A stretch of DNA of 64,000 nt, from NCBI GenBank assembly GCA_022703485.1, contig JAKLDO010000004.1, forward strand, positions 1,636-65,635, in the 5' to 3' direction. Positions 47,764 to 56,431 of the stretch are shown here, in pieces. The stretch is from a bacterium (lineage in GTDB: Bacteria > UBP6 > UBA1177). Made by a program: the position numbers and the translations under genes. Below the pieces are notes generated by a model, which saw nothing but the letters and a program-made list of their open reading frames with translations, was not told where the DNA came from and made no database searches. Numbering within the stretch: position 1 is the first letter of the stretch; each line of letters opens with the position of its first letter.

Positions 47764-47917
47764 GATGTCCTCCATTATTTCACACGACACGGCTTAATAT
47801 ATCCTGATGTATTTTTATGTCAAATGGGATACGGTTCAATATTTGTCTTGAAAATATCCGGTAAATGTAGAAAATGATTAGGTTGTGTGATTTATATTAG
47901 AATCCTGAGAGGTAAAA

Positions 47918-49219
47918 ATGAAAAAGTTGATGTTTGTGACGCTGTTCTTTATTTTTGCAGTCATTCCTTTTATTAACCTGACTGCTGATGACATGTATCC
48001 TAACATTGCTGTTGTCAACACTGATACCGACGGGTTGATCGGTGCAATAGAAAAAGCGGCGGCACAGCAGTTCTATATGGGTCACCCTGACATCTATGAT
48101 TTCCTTTTCATCTATACTACATTCAATCCTTCGATGGATATGCAGCAGGGACTTGCCATCCAGTATACCGTGCAGGGAATAAACCGTGATGCCGGCATTA
48201 TGAGCCCTTATGGCACACCTTCAGACTGGGGAAGCGCAGGCAAACTTTTGGGCGCAGCAAGAATGTGCAATATTGATCAGTATCCTGACAATCCCGATGT
48301 TGCAATATCAACAAACATCCTTTCTCCTTATGCAGGAATGTCAAGTGCCGAACTTCTTGCGCACGAATGGAGTCACTACTGGCTTGCTGCAATGGATTTC
48401 AAAAAAGAAGGGATGCTGGAAAATCATCCGGGACTGAGAGGTTGTGAAGGCGGCAATGAAAACGGGTGTGATCCCAACCAGCATTGGAGCGGTGATTTCA
48501 GTGACGGCAACTCTGTAATGTATGGCGGAGATATAACCGATAACGGTGACGGATCTTTCACTTATTATTTCGGCAATCCGAAAAAATACGGACCGCTTGA
48601 CCAGTATGTTATGGGACTGCGTGCTCCTGAAGAAGTGGGCGATCTTTTCTTTCTATGCTCAAGTGCTGACATCGAACAGTGCAGAGAAGGAAATCCCGCT
48701 GTTCCGGCTCCGAAATCTTCAGCTCCCAGTACAAAGACAGGTGTTTACAAACATGTTGTGACTATGGATGACATTATCCGTGCAATGGGACCGAGAATTC
48801 CGTCATCTGCTGAATCACAGAAACATTTCAATGTCGCATTTATAATTGCAAATAAAAACGGATTCTATCCATTCCCTCAGCAGCTGCAGAAACTTGAAAC
48901 GCTCAGAGTCCGCATGCAGGAATGGTTTACATGGGCGACAGACGGCAGAGGAACAATATGCACAGAGCTTGACGGAGACTGTGAGAACAATACCGGCAAT
49001 GATGACGACATTATTCCTGATGTGGATGCCTTTGTTCCTGACAATAATATTACAACTGATGAAGAAATCACACCAGATGAATCAGTTACAGATAACAACA
49101 TAACCCCTGACGAAACTGATGAAGAGATAAAAGACGAAAACACAGAAACTCCAGATAACAGCATAGATCAGCCTGCTGATGAAGAAGAAGCCGGTTGCGG
49201 CTGTACATTAGTTTTCTAA
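47918..49219 (+). CDS. secreted putative zinc metallopeptidase (HExxH), paralog A, with acidic tail ending GCGCTLVF
   Basis: Signal peptide MKKLMFVTLFFIFAVIPFINLTA. Motif AELLAHEWSHYW. An ~80-aa D/E/T/P-rich tail leads to the terminal EEEAGCGCTLVF. Confidence 0.8.
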   Translation: MKKLMFVTLFFIFAVIPFINLTADDMYPNIAVVNTDTDGLIGAIEKAAAQQFYMGHPDIYDFLFIYTTFNPSMDMQQGLAIQYTVQGINRDAGIMSPYGTPSDWGSAGKLLGAARMCNIDQYPDNPDVAISTNILSPYAGMSSAELLAHEWSHYWLAAMDFKKEGMLENHPGLRGCEGGNENGCDPNQHWSGDFSDGNSVMYGGDITDNGDGSFTYYFGNPKKYGPLDQYVMGLRAPEEVGDLFFLCSSADIEQCREGNPAVPAPKSSAPSTKTGVYKHVVTMDDIIRAMGPRIPSSAESQKHFNVAFIIANKNGFYPFPQQLQKLETLRVRMQEWFTWATDGRGTICTELDGDCENNTGNDDDIIPDVDAFVPDNNITTDEEITPDESVTDNNITPDETDEEIKDENTETPDNSIDQPADEEEAGCGCTLVF

Positions 49220-49239
49220 ATATTTTTTACGAGGACGGA

Positions 49240-50538
49240 ATGAAAAGATCACTTTTTATCGTTATCATTTTTCTGTTTCCTTTATCAGCTGTCTATGCCG
49301 ATGACATGTATCCTAACATCGCACTTATCCAGACAGATGCTGACAACCAGATGATAATGGGTGTTACAGAGAAAGCAGCCGCCAATATTTTTTATCAGAC
49401 ACACCCTGATATTTATGACTTTCTGATATTCTACCACACATTCACTCCTCAGCTGAACATGCAGCAGGGACTTCTGATAACATACACCGTTAAAGGCATA
49501 GGAAGGGAGGGATACAACCCTACAGGCCCTGCATCTGCGTGGGGTAGCGGAGGCAGACTGATGGGCGGAGCAAGGATGTGTCATATCGATCAGTATCCAG
49601 ACGATCCTGATGATAACATGAAATTTCCCCTTGCCGGTCTTACAAGCACCGAGCTCCTTGCTCACGAAATGAGCCATTACTGGTTCGCCGCAATGGAATA
49701 TAAAAAAGAAGGTATGGAAAAAAATCATCCCGGTTTCAGAGGTTGTGAAGGTAACAGCGGCGAGAACGGAGCTTGCTCTCCCAATCAGCACTGGAGCTAC
49801 TATTTCAATTCAGGACCTTCTGTCATGTATGGAAGCGACATCACTGACAACGGTGACGGATCGTTCACTTTCACTCATTCCAGTCCGAGAAAATACAGCC
49901 CTTTCGATCAGTATGTGATGGGGTTCCGCGCTCCGGGTGAAGTCGGAGAACTTTTCTATCTTTGCGATTATGCGGACGAATCGATGTGCAAAGAAGGCAA
50001 TCCGGCTCTTCCGACTCCTCATACTGCGGCTCCCGATACTGTTTCAGGAAAGACAAAAATCGCTTTCACGATTGATGATGTGATCCGCGCAATGGGCGAA
50101 AGGGTCCCATCTTCTACTGATGCACCGAAACATTTCAATGTCGGTTTCATCATGGTCAGCAAACCGGGATTCGTTCCGTTCCCTCAGCAGCTTGAAAAAC
50201 TCGAAAAGATAAGAGTCCGTTTCCAGGAATGGTTTACATGGGCGACGGACGGTAGAGCCACGATATGCACAGAGCTTGACGGCGACTGTGAAAGCACAGA
50301 GACTCCTGATGACGACGACCCCGTGATAGATGATGACAGCATTGTTGTCGAAGATAACACCGTGATCCCTGATGAAGAAGTGACACCCGATGAATCAGTG
50401 ACGGATAACACCGTATCTCCCGATGAAACAGTTCAAGATGAAGAAGTTAAAGATGAAAATTCTGAAACTCCCGACAACAACACAGAACAGCCCGCTGATG
50501 AAGAAGAAGTCGGTTGCGGCTGTACGATAGTTTTCTAG
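49240..50538 (+). CDS. secreted putative zinc metallopeptidase (HExxH), paralog B, with acidic tail ending GCGCTIVF
   Basis: ATG 49240 follows GAGGA. Signal peptide MKRSLFIVIIFLFPLSAVYA. Motif TELLAHEMSHYW. By eye it is about two-thirds identical to paralog A. The terminus is EEEVGCGCTIVF. Confidence 0.8.
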   Translation: MKRSLFIVIIFLFPLSAVYADDMYPNIALIQTDADNQMIMGVTEKAAANIFYQTHPDIYDFLIFYHTFTPQLNMQQGLLITYTVKGIGREGYNPTGPASAWGSGGRLMGGARMCHIDQYPDDPDDNMKFPLAGLTSTELLAHEMSHYWFAAMEYKKEGMEKNHPGFRGCEGNSGENGACSPNQHWSYYFNSGPSVMYGSDITDNGDGSFTFTHSSPRKYSPFDQYVMGFRAPGEVGELFYLCDYADESMCKEGNPALPTPHTAAPDTVSGKTKIAFTIDDVIRAMGERVPSSTDAPKHFNVGFIMVSKPGFVPFPQQLEKLEKIRVRFQEWFTWATDGRATICTELDGDCESTETPDDDDPVIDDDSIVVEDNTVIPDEEVTPDESVTDNTVSPDETVQDEEVKDENSETPDNNTEQPADEEEVGCGCTIVF

Positions 50539-50545
50539 ATCTATT

Positions 50546-51463
50546 TTACTCTTCCAGTTCAGATATTGTGTCTTCGGAATCTGCAACGGCAGGTGTTTTC
50601 TTTTTGACGGTGACTGCGTTGTTGGTCTCGGTCGATTCAAGTTCGCTGAATGCGTCTCCGCCCATTCCTTTGCTTTTTACTGCGGGAGCGGCCGCTGCCT
50701 TCTGTTCACAACCTTTCTTGAAACCTGAGTCGCATGCGGCTTTGAAATGGACTTGTGCATCGTTCATGCTTTTATTTCCGCCGAGTCCTTTCTTGAACAT
50801 ATTGCCGGCATAGTAGCATGCTTTTGCATGTCCGTAATTGCAGGCATATGAGAAATGGCTTCTTGCAAAGATCTGGTTTTTCATACCTTCAACACCGTTA
50901 TACCACATCACGCCGAGCTTGAAACATGCAGTAGCATCTTTTTTAGTTTCACAGCTGTATTTAAGCTTCTCCCTTGCACTTTCCGCCACCGTTCCGCCGT
51001 TCTTAATAGCGTTGAGGAGCTTTTCAGCCACAACTTTAGCACCTGACGGAAGCGACTGGGCATCAGGAATTGTCTCGGTGGTGGCAAGATCTATCTTTGC
51101 CGTTTCAATGTCTATCATCCTTATCGTGATGATAAACTGGTTCCCGAGATTGCCGAAAGTGCCGGTTATAAGCTTTTTGATAGCAAGGAACTTTCCGAGC
51201 TCGACCGCCTGCTCAGGGTCGATTATTCCGCTCATCATAAGCCCGTGCTCATCAAGCACCTTTTTCAGCTGGTTCCTTTCGACAAGTTCGATCTTTTTAT
51301 CAGCCGAAAGCTCGGAAATGATTATTCCCGTAACCGTTGCCGCGTAATCTTTAAAATATGTACCGCCGTCAAGATCAAGCACTGCGACTTTCGTGCTTTG
51401 CGCAAAGATCATGAACGGAACAAACATCAGAAATAACACAGCAGCGAACAACACCTTTTTCAT
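50546..51463 (-). CDS. secreted protein: TolB-N/CsgG/LpoB-like beta-alpha module + three Hcp-type Sel1 repeats
   Basis: Signal peptide MKKVLFAAVLFLMFVPFMIFA. The module reads KVAVLDLDG...ELVERNQLKKVL...LITGTFGNLGNQFIITIRMIDIETAKI. C-x7-C pairs are SCETKKDATC, ACNYGHAKAC and ACDSGFKKGC. ATG 51475 is an alternative start. Confidence 0.65.
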   Translation of the reverse strand: MKKVLFAAVLFLMFVPFMIFAQSTKVAVLDLDGGTYFKDYAATVTGIIISELSADKKIELVERNQLKKVLDEHGLMMSGIIDPEQAVELGKFLAIKKLITGTFGNLGNQFIITIRMIDIETAKIDLATTETIPDAQSLPSGAKVVAEKLLNAIKNGGTVAESAREKLKYSCETKKDATACFKLGVMWYNGVEGMKNQIFARSHFSYACNYGHAKACYYAGNMFKKGLGGNKSMNDAQVHFKAACDSGFKKGCEQKAAAAPAVKSKGMGGDAFSELESTETNNAVTVKKKTPAVADSEDTISELEE

Positions 51464-51475
51464 ATCATCCTCCAT

Positions 51476-52711
51476 TTATTCCGAAAAAAACTCTTCGAGA
51501 TTTATCGTTGAAAAGAACTTTTTGACCACTTCAACGGAGACATTCCTCGTCTCCTCCCTGATCTTTGCGGCTTCGTTCTGCGGATTTACAAAAAAGGGCT
51601 TATGTTCATAATGAGTGATCTTGTACTTCACACCGTTCTTGAAAGTGTGAAGATCGACCTCAAGCTGGTATTTCCTGTAGTTGTCAACAGTTATTGTCGT
51701 TCCTTTGAGCGACACGACTATGGAATGGGTGAGATTTTCATCATTCGACGGAACTATTCCGAAATCAAGAAGCGCCTTCTCGATGTCATCAACGATACGG
51801 ACAGCGCTGTTGACCTTGAGATAAACTTCCTTTTTTCCCATCTTTTCGGGGATCAGAATAAGTTCGACAAACTTCTTATCACCTTTTGAAAGTGCGAAAG
51901 AGCCTTTGAGATTCTTGAAACCCTCAGCCTTGACTGTGAAAGTATAGCTTCCCGGTTTAAGGAATATCTTTTTATTGATCTGGTCCGCTTTCCCGTTTAT
52001 CTCGACAGCCCCTTTCGTTCCGGTCTTCGCGGAAAAATATATCGAACCGTGAGAAGCCATCATCTCGATCTCTTTTTTAACTGCGGTGAGAATATCAATG
52101 TATTTCTTCCTTTCAGGCACTGCCTGCTCTGAAACCGAGTAAAGAAGAGAGAATGCGAGATACACCGTTGTAAGAGTGCTGTCATATTTCACAGGATCGA
52201 GCATCTCCAGATCGTCAGGAAGAGTTGTAATGAGATATGTGATGGTGTTGATGACCGCTTTGGATGACATGAACGCGGTAACCTCGAAGCCTTCTTTGGC
52301 TTTTTTAGGCTGAGTATACTCCACACCTTTCAGAAACACAGAAGAGTTTACAACTATATCGTTCTTGAGCGATTCAGTGTATTTCCCGTCCTTTTCCTCC
52401 TGAGAAAGCGATGCGTTGCCCTTGATCTGAGCGACTATAGAACTGCTCAGCTGTGCAAGAGCGTCCATTTTGGCATTCTTTTCGTTGCTGCCGTAACCCG
52501 TCCCTTTAAGAACAGCCGTCTCGACATCCACATCAGAAAAAGCCGTTTTCGCTCCTGAGGCTGAAGGAGCCGGACTGGCCGGCCCCTTTCCGTCAAGCTC
52601 TGCAAAAGCATCAGCCGCGTCCTTTTTCGCCTTGCTGTAGTTCCCCTTCGCATGAAGACCGGCAGGAACCAAAGCAAGAATAAGAACCGCGAGCATTAAA
52701 TATCTTTTCAT
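51476..52711 (-). CDS. secreted protein with LPP20-like segment and PEGA-like domain, hypothetical
   Basis: AGGAG, 5 nt, then ATG 52711. Signal peptide MKRYLMLAVLILALVPAGLHA. LKGTGYGSNEKNAKMDALAQLSSSIVAQI is LPP20-like by eye. GSYTFTVKAEGFKNLKG is PEGA-like. Confidence 0.6.
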   Translation of the reverse strand: MKRYLMLAVLILALVPAGLHAKGNYSKAKKDAADAFAELDGKGPASPAPSASGAKTAFSDVDVETAVLKGTGYGSNEKNAKMDALAQLSSSIVAQIKGNASLSQEEKDGKYTESLKNDIVVNSSVFLKGVEYTQPKKAKEGFEVTAFMSSKAVINTITYLITTLPDDLEMLDPVKYDSTLTTVYLAFSLLYSVSEQAVPERKKYIDILTAVKKEIEMMASHGSIYFSAKTGTKGAVEINGKADQINKKIFLKPGSYTFTVKAEGFKNLKGSFALSKGDKKFVELILIPEKMGKKEVYLKVNSAVRIVDDIEKALLDFGIVPSNDENLTHSIVVSLKGTTITVDNYRKYQLEVDLHTFKNGVKYKITHYEHKPFFVNPQNEAAKIREETRNVSVEVVKKFFSTINLEEFFSE

Positions 52712-52718
52712 GACACTC

Positions 52719-53933
52719 CTATTCAATTGTCAGTTCAATATTCCCCGAACTTGCAGCCTTGAAAACAAGGAATGAACCTGTATCGCTCACTTTTTCAAGT
52801 TTGCCGGGGCCGCTGTATGTCCCTTTAAGGCTCTGGAAAAGTTCAAATGCGTTAGGAACATCCTTGATATAAACGATATAGCTGAATGTTGATTTTCCGC
52901 CTGCAAGTCTCTTTATCGGCCTCTGTGACATCTTCTTGAGCGCTCCGTAAACAGCTTCATCTACACCTGCGCCGTCAGTTGAATTTGAAAGAACCGTAAC
53001 TTTGAAGGGCTTGCCTTTCTTTGCCATTTCCATCCATTCTTTCTTGATCTGTGAAAGTATCTTTGCTGAAGCATCGTTAGTGGCTTCCTGAACAAGAGCG
53101 TTGGGGTCTGTCACTTTTCTTTCAGCACTGTAGCCCGTAGTTGAACCGAGCATCTTGCCTGAAGCGGTCTCATAGACTTCTACAACGACAGAAGCCTTTG
53201 CCGTTCCCATGCTTCCTGCACCGCCGGAATAGTTGATCTTTGCATAGATGTCACTTCCCAGAGAAAGGGCCATGTCGTGCATAGGATCTGTCTCAGCACC
53301 TTCAAGAGTCGAGATCTTGCTTACAAGATTGTTGACCTTGTCACCCTGCTCAGCTTTGTAAACTTCAAAAGAATTGTCGGTGAAATACTCCTGAATTACA
53401 GCAACTGCTGTTTTTGCATAATCGCCGCCTTTATCAGCAAAAACTGAAATCGTCGGCATTCCGATCTGCTCGCCTATCTCATCTTCGGAAGCGATTATTT
53501 CATTTGAAACAAGCTCTTCCTTTATCATTGCGACATCAACTTTAAAAAGGTATGTAAGCTTTGTCTTGTCGCCCTGTTTAGCCTTTCCTTTTACTTCAGA
53601 CTGATATCTGATGTATTTTGCTGTATTTGCATACATCTGCTGGGCAAGGCCTACAGCCTTTGTCTTTTCAGCAGGAGATTTAAGTATCGGCTTGTCTCCG
53701 CCTTCAAGCACGAACCATATCGCGGTCTTTTTGGCTTCCGCTGTAGCCTCTTCCATTGTACATCCTATACCGGTAGCTTTTATCATCATCTCACCGGTCC
53801 CCGAACTTTCGACAAAACTAGCTTCATAACTTGCAGGTGCCGGCTGAGTGTTCGCATTACAAACCGGAGCCGATCCGCAACTTGAAAAAAGCATTGCAAC
53901 CGCAACTGTCAGACTAACCACGATCCTTTTCAT
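52719..53933 (-). CDS. lipoprotein, hypothetical (LPP20-like N-terminal segment)
   Basis: GGAGGG RBS. MKRIVVSLTVAVAMLFSSC is a lipobox. IKATGIGCTMEEATAEAKKTAIWFVL is LPP20-like by eye. Confidence 0.6.
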   Translation of the reverse strand: MKRIVVSLTVAVAMLFSSCGSAPVCNANTQPAPASYEASFVESSGTGEMMIKATGIGCTMEEATAEAKKTAIWFVLEGGDKPILKSPAEKTKAVGLAQQMYANTAKYIRYQSEVKGKAKQGDKTKLTYLFKVDVAMIKEELVSNEIIASEDEIGEQIGMPTISVFADKGGDYAKTAVAVIQEYFTDNSFEVYKAEQGDKVNNLVSKISTLEGAETDPMHDMALSLGSDIYAKINYSGGAGSMGTAKASVVVEVYETASGKMLGSTTGYSAERKVTDPNALVQEATNDASAKILSQIKKEWMEMAKKGKPFKVTVLSNSTDGAGVDEAVYGALKKMSQRPIKRLAGGKSTFSYIVYIKDVPNAFELFQSLKGTYSGPGKLEKVSDTGSFLVFKAASSGNIELTIE

Positions 53934-53975
53934 TTTTTACCCTCCAAATAATTAATTACCCTGTTCCCCTAAATA

Positions 53976-55805
53976 TTATTTCTTACTTTTTGCAGCACAT
54001 ACATTCGAAGGTTTGGAATACATTTTTGCCGTCGATCCCACTACCGGCAGATGGAAATTGAAATCGAGCGATGCCGTCAGACCCATTGCAAGAAGGTCTG
54101 AATCAAGCTCATTTTCATTCGGGTCCTCCACCTTTACGACAAAACCGAGATTCCATCCCCCTTTCAGAACTATGTCCAGTGACGGATTGACACTGAACCC
54201 GAAATGAAGCTGAGGATTGACGATGAACTGCTGAAGTTTGTAATCGTTAAATGTTGAACCGCCCTCATAAGCGAGATTGAGCGCCGGAGCAAAGTAGAAA
54301 CCTCCTGCACCCGCATACAGTCTTTTTGATATACCCAGACCGCCTCCGAACCATATCGGACGGCCCGCATCAACAGAATCATCAATACCGACACTCATCT
54401 GGAAAAAGATATCAAAATAGAACTCGCTCAAAGCCGAAGAATTTGCAGAATATCCGAGATCGATACTGCCCCCGAGATGGAATCCCGGTGCAAGGAACAT
54501 TCCGCCGACATCAGCGACAGGTGTGTTCACCCCGAGAGAATTGTCCTTGATCCCTGTTACAAGCGAGGAATTCATACCGAAACCGAGATTGAAGAAAAGT
54601 CCTGTCCAAGGATACTCGCGGAGCTGGTCCGCCTCTTCGACCGAACCGTTGGTCTTTTTCATTATTGTAGGCACATTGTAGTCGGCAGAACAGTTCTCGC
54701 TCACCTTTCTCGCTCTGACATATCCAGTCTTTTTCATTTTTCCGTCAACCATCTGCATGATCGTGAAAGGAGCATCGACCCTGATATCCTCCATCACACC
54801 GAAATCTGTCTCCACCTTGTTTCCGTTAACAGCTTTAACTGTCATGAAAAGAGCGAAGTTGTCATCTTTCTTAAGCTGATAGTTGGCATTGATCGAAGCC
54901 GCTTTAACTGCCGTCTGGAAAGTATCGTTGAAAGCCGCCATGACCTGATTCGGCGTAGGTATCACATAAAATGAATTCGTTGAACCGGAAACCATTCCCG
55001 ACACTGCAACGAGCTTATTGTAAAGATTGAACTTTTTCGCTTCCGGGTCATATTTATAGATCAGGAAAGTGACATTTACCGGGATGTCGAATTCAATGTC
55101 ATAAAAATACACCGTTCTTCCGTCAAAGGTCTTTCTTTCCTTTCTGATTACCTTTCCTGCACCTTTTATATACTGGACATGAGCGGCAAAAACATACGAT
55201 GAATTGACAAGCGTCTTTATGAACTCTATGGAAACGCCCAGCTCTTTAGCTTTTGTGACCATGAATGTTTCCTGCTCGGTCTCCGGAAGCTCTTTGTACC
55301 TTTGTTCTATCGTAGCTTCAAGCAGGGTTCCTATACTTTCTTTAACCCCTGTGTTCAAATAATTTTCGAGCCTGTCCTTAAACCCGTCAAGGCTGTCCGT
55401 ACCTGAAGAGAAATAAGGAATGTATTCACCTGTCTCAACGGTGGACTTTCCATTCCTTGTTATCATTTCGGCTTTTCCGTTCTGCATTATTATCTTGTCG
55501 AAACGGTTTGTTATCGTCCATTCATAGAAAGTTTTCGCAGCTTCCATCTTTTCGCTGTACTCGAGCGGATAATTCACAGTGAAGCTCCACGGAGAACAGC
55601 GGTATCCGTTCTGGGAGCTTTCGCAGTACTGCATCGGGATATTGATCGAGTTCTGCATGAATCCTATATCAGCAAGACCCATTACAGCTTTTCTTTCGTA
55701 TTTCTTCTGAGTTCCGTCAGACTTCAATTGCGAATCGTCCGATACTGCTGACAGCATAAATACAGTGCTGATCTGAACAACGAATAGAACTAACAATTTT
55801 TTCAT
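53976..55805 (-). CDS. secreted protein with C-terminal beta-barrel-like region, hypothetical
   Basis: A signal peptide is present. The last ~230 aa are Gly/aromatic-rich with alternating hydrophobicity (GLFFNLGFGMNSS..., GGFYFAPALNLAYEGG..., GWNLGFVVKV). There is no canonical terminal Phe. Confidence 0.6.
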   Translation of the reverse strand: MKKLLVLFVVQISTVFMLSAVSDDSQLKSDGTQKKYERKAVMGLADIGFMQNSINIPMQYCESSQNGYRCSPWSFTVNYPLEYSEKMEAAKTFYEWTITNRFDKIIMQNGKAEMITRNGKSTVETGEYIPYFSSGTDSLDGFKDRLENYLNTGVKESIGTLLEATIEQRYKELPETEQETFMVTKAKELGVSIEFIKTLVNSSYVFAAHVQYIKGAGKVIRKERKTFDGRTVYFYDIEFDIPVNVTFLIYKYDPEAKKFNLYNKLVAVSGMVSGSTNSFYVIPTPNQVMAAFNDTFQTAVKAASINANYQLKKDDNFALFMTVKAVNGNKVETDFGVMEDIRVDAPFTIMQMVDGKMKKTGYVRARKVSENCSADYNVPTIMKKTNGSVEEADQLREYPWTGLFFNLGFGMNSSLVTGIKDNSLGVNTPVADVGGMFLAPGFHLGGSIDLGYSANSSALSEFYFDIFFQMSVGIDDSVDAGRPIWFGGGLGISKRLYAGAGGFYFAPALNLAYEGGSTFNDYKLQQFIVNPQLHFGFSVNPSLDIVLKGGWNLGFVVKVEDPNENELDSDLLAMGLTASLDFNFHLPVVGSTAKMYSKPSNVCAAKSKK

Positions 55806-55906
55806 AACCCATCCCCCCGGTGAATCGAAAAAAATAAAACAAGAAATTCCTTGTGTCTATAATAGTATTTAAGCTGAAAAAGGCAATATTTAGAGCGTAT
55901 CAGAAA

Positions 55907-55934
55907 TAAAAAAAAGGACCGCACGAAGCGGTCC
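55907..55934 (-). terminator. rho-independent terminator after rplQ
   Basis: On the minus strand: GGACCGC-TTCGT-GCGGTCC followed by T8, starting 23 nt after the rplQ stop. Confidence 0.85.
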
Positions 55935-55957
55935 TTAAAACATTAAAAAAGACTTTG

Positions 55958-56431
55958 TTATTCTGCTGCTGCAGAGGTCTCTTCCTTTTTATCGGCAACA
56001 GTTTCAGCTTCAACCGCCGGAGCTGTCTTCTTTGCAACTCTTTTCTTTGCTTTCTTCTTTGTCGTCTCTTCAGCCCTGAGATATTCAACTATCGCTGTAG
56101 GGGCAGCATCGCCTCTGCGGAAACCGAGTTTAACAACTCTTGTATATCCACCGTTCCTTTCAGCAAAACGGGGACCGATCTCTTTAAGCAGTTTTGCGAT
56201 TACCTCTTCTCTATCGGACTTGACCATTTTGGTAAGCTGAGATATTGAAGCTGTTGTATTCTTCTTGGCAAGAGTAACGGCTTTGTCAGCTATTTTCTGG
56301 AGCTCTTTAGCTCTTCCGAAAGTGGTCTGAATGCGTTCGCTCTTCACAAGAGAATTAAGCAGATTGCACAGCATAGCCTCCCTGTGGGCGCTGTCTCTGT
56401 TCAGTCTTCTACCTGATTTCCTATGTCTCAT
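55958..56431 (-). CDS. rplQ: 50S ribosomal protein L17 (with K/A/E-rich C-terminal extension)
   Basis: MRHRKSGRRLNRDSAHREAML. TAATG overlap with rpoA. Confidence 0.96.
   Translation of the reverse strand: MRHRKSGRRLNRDSAHREAMLCNLLNSLVKSERIQTTFGRAKELQKIADKAVTLAKKNTTASISQLTKMVKSDREEVIAKLLKEIGPRFAERNGGYTRVVKLGFRRGDAAPTAIVEYLRAEETTKKKAKKRVAKKTAPAVEAETVADKKEETSAAAE

Noticed and set aside
55810-55820. A C6 (G6 on the coding strand) homopolymer in the RBS region of the 609-aa envelope gene as a phase-variation switch.
   Set aside because: A 6-nt tract is too short to argue for slipped-strand variation. It is more simply a G-rich Shine-Dalgarno.
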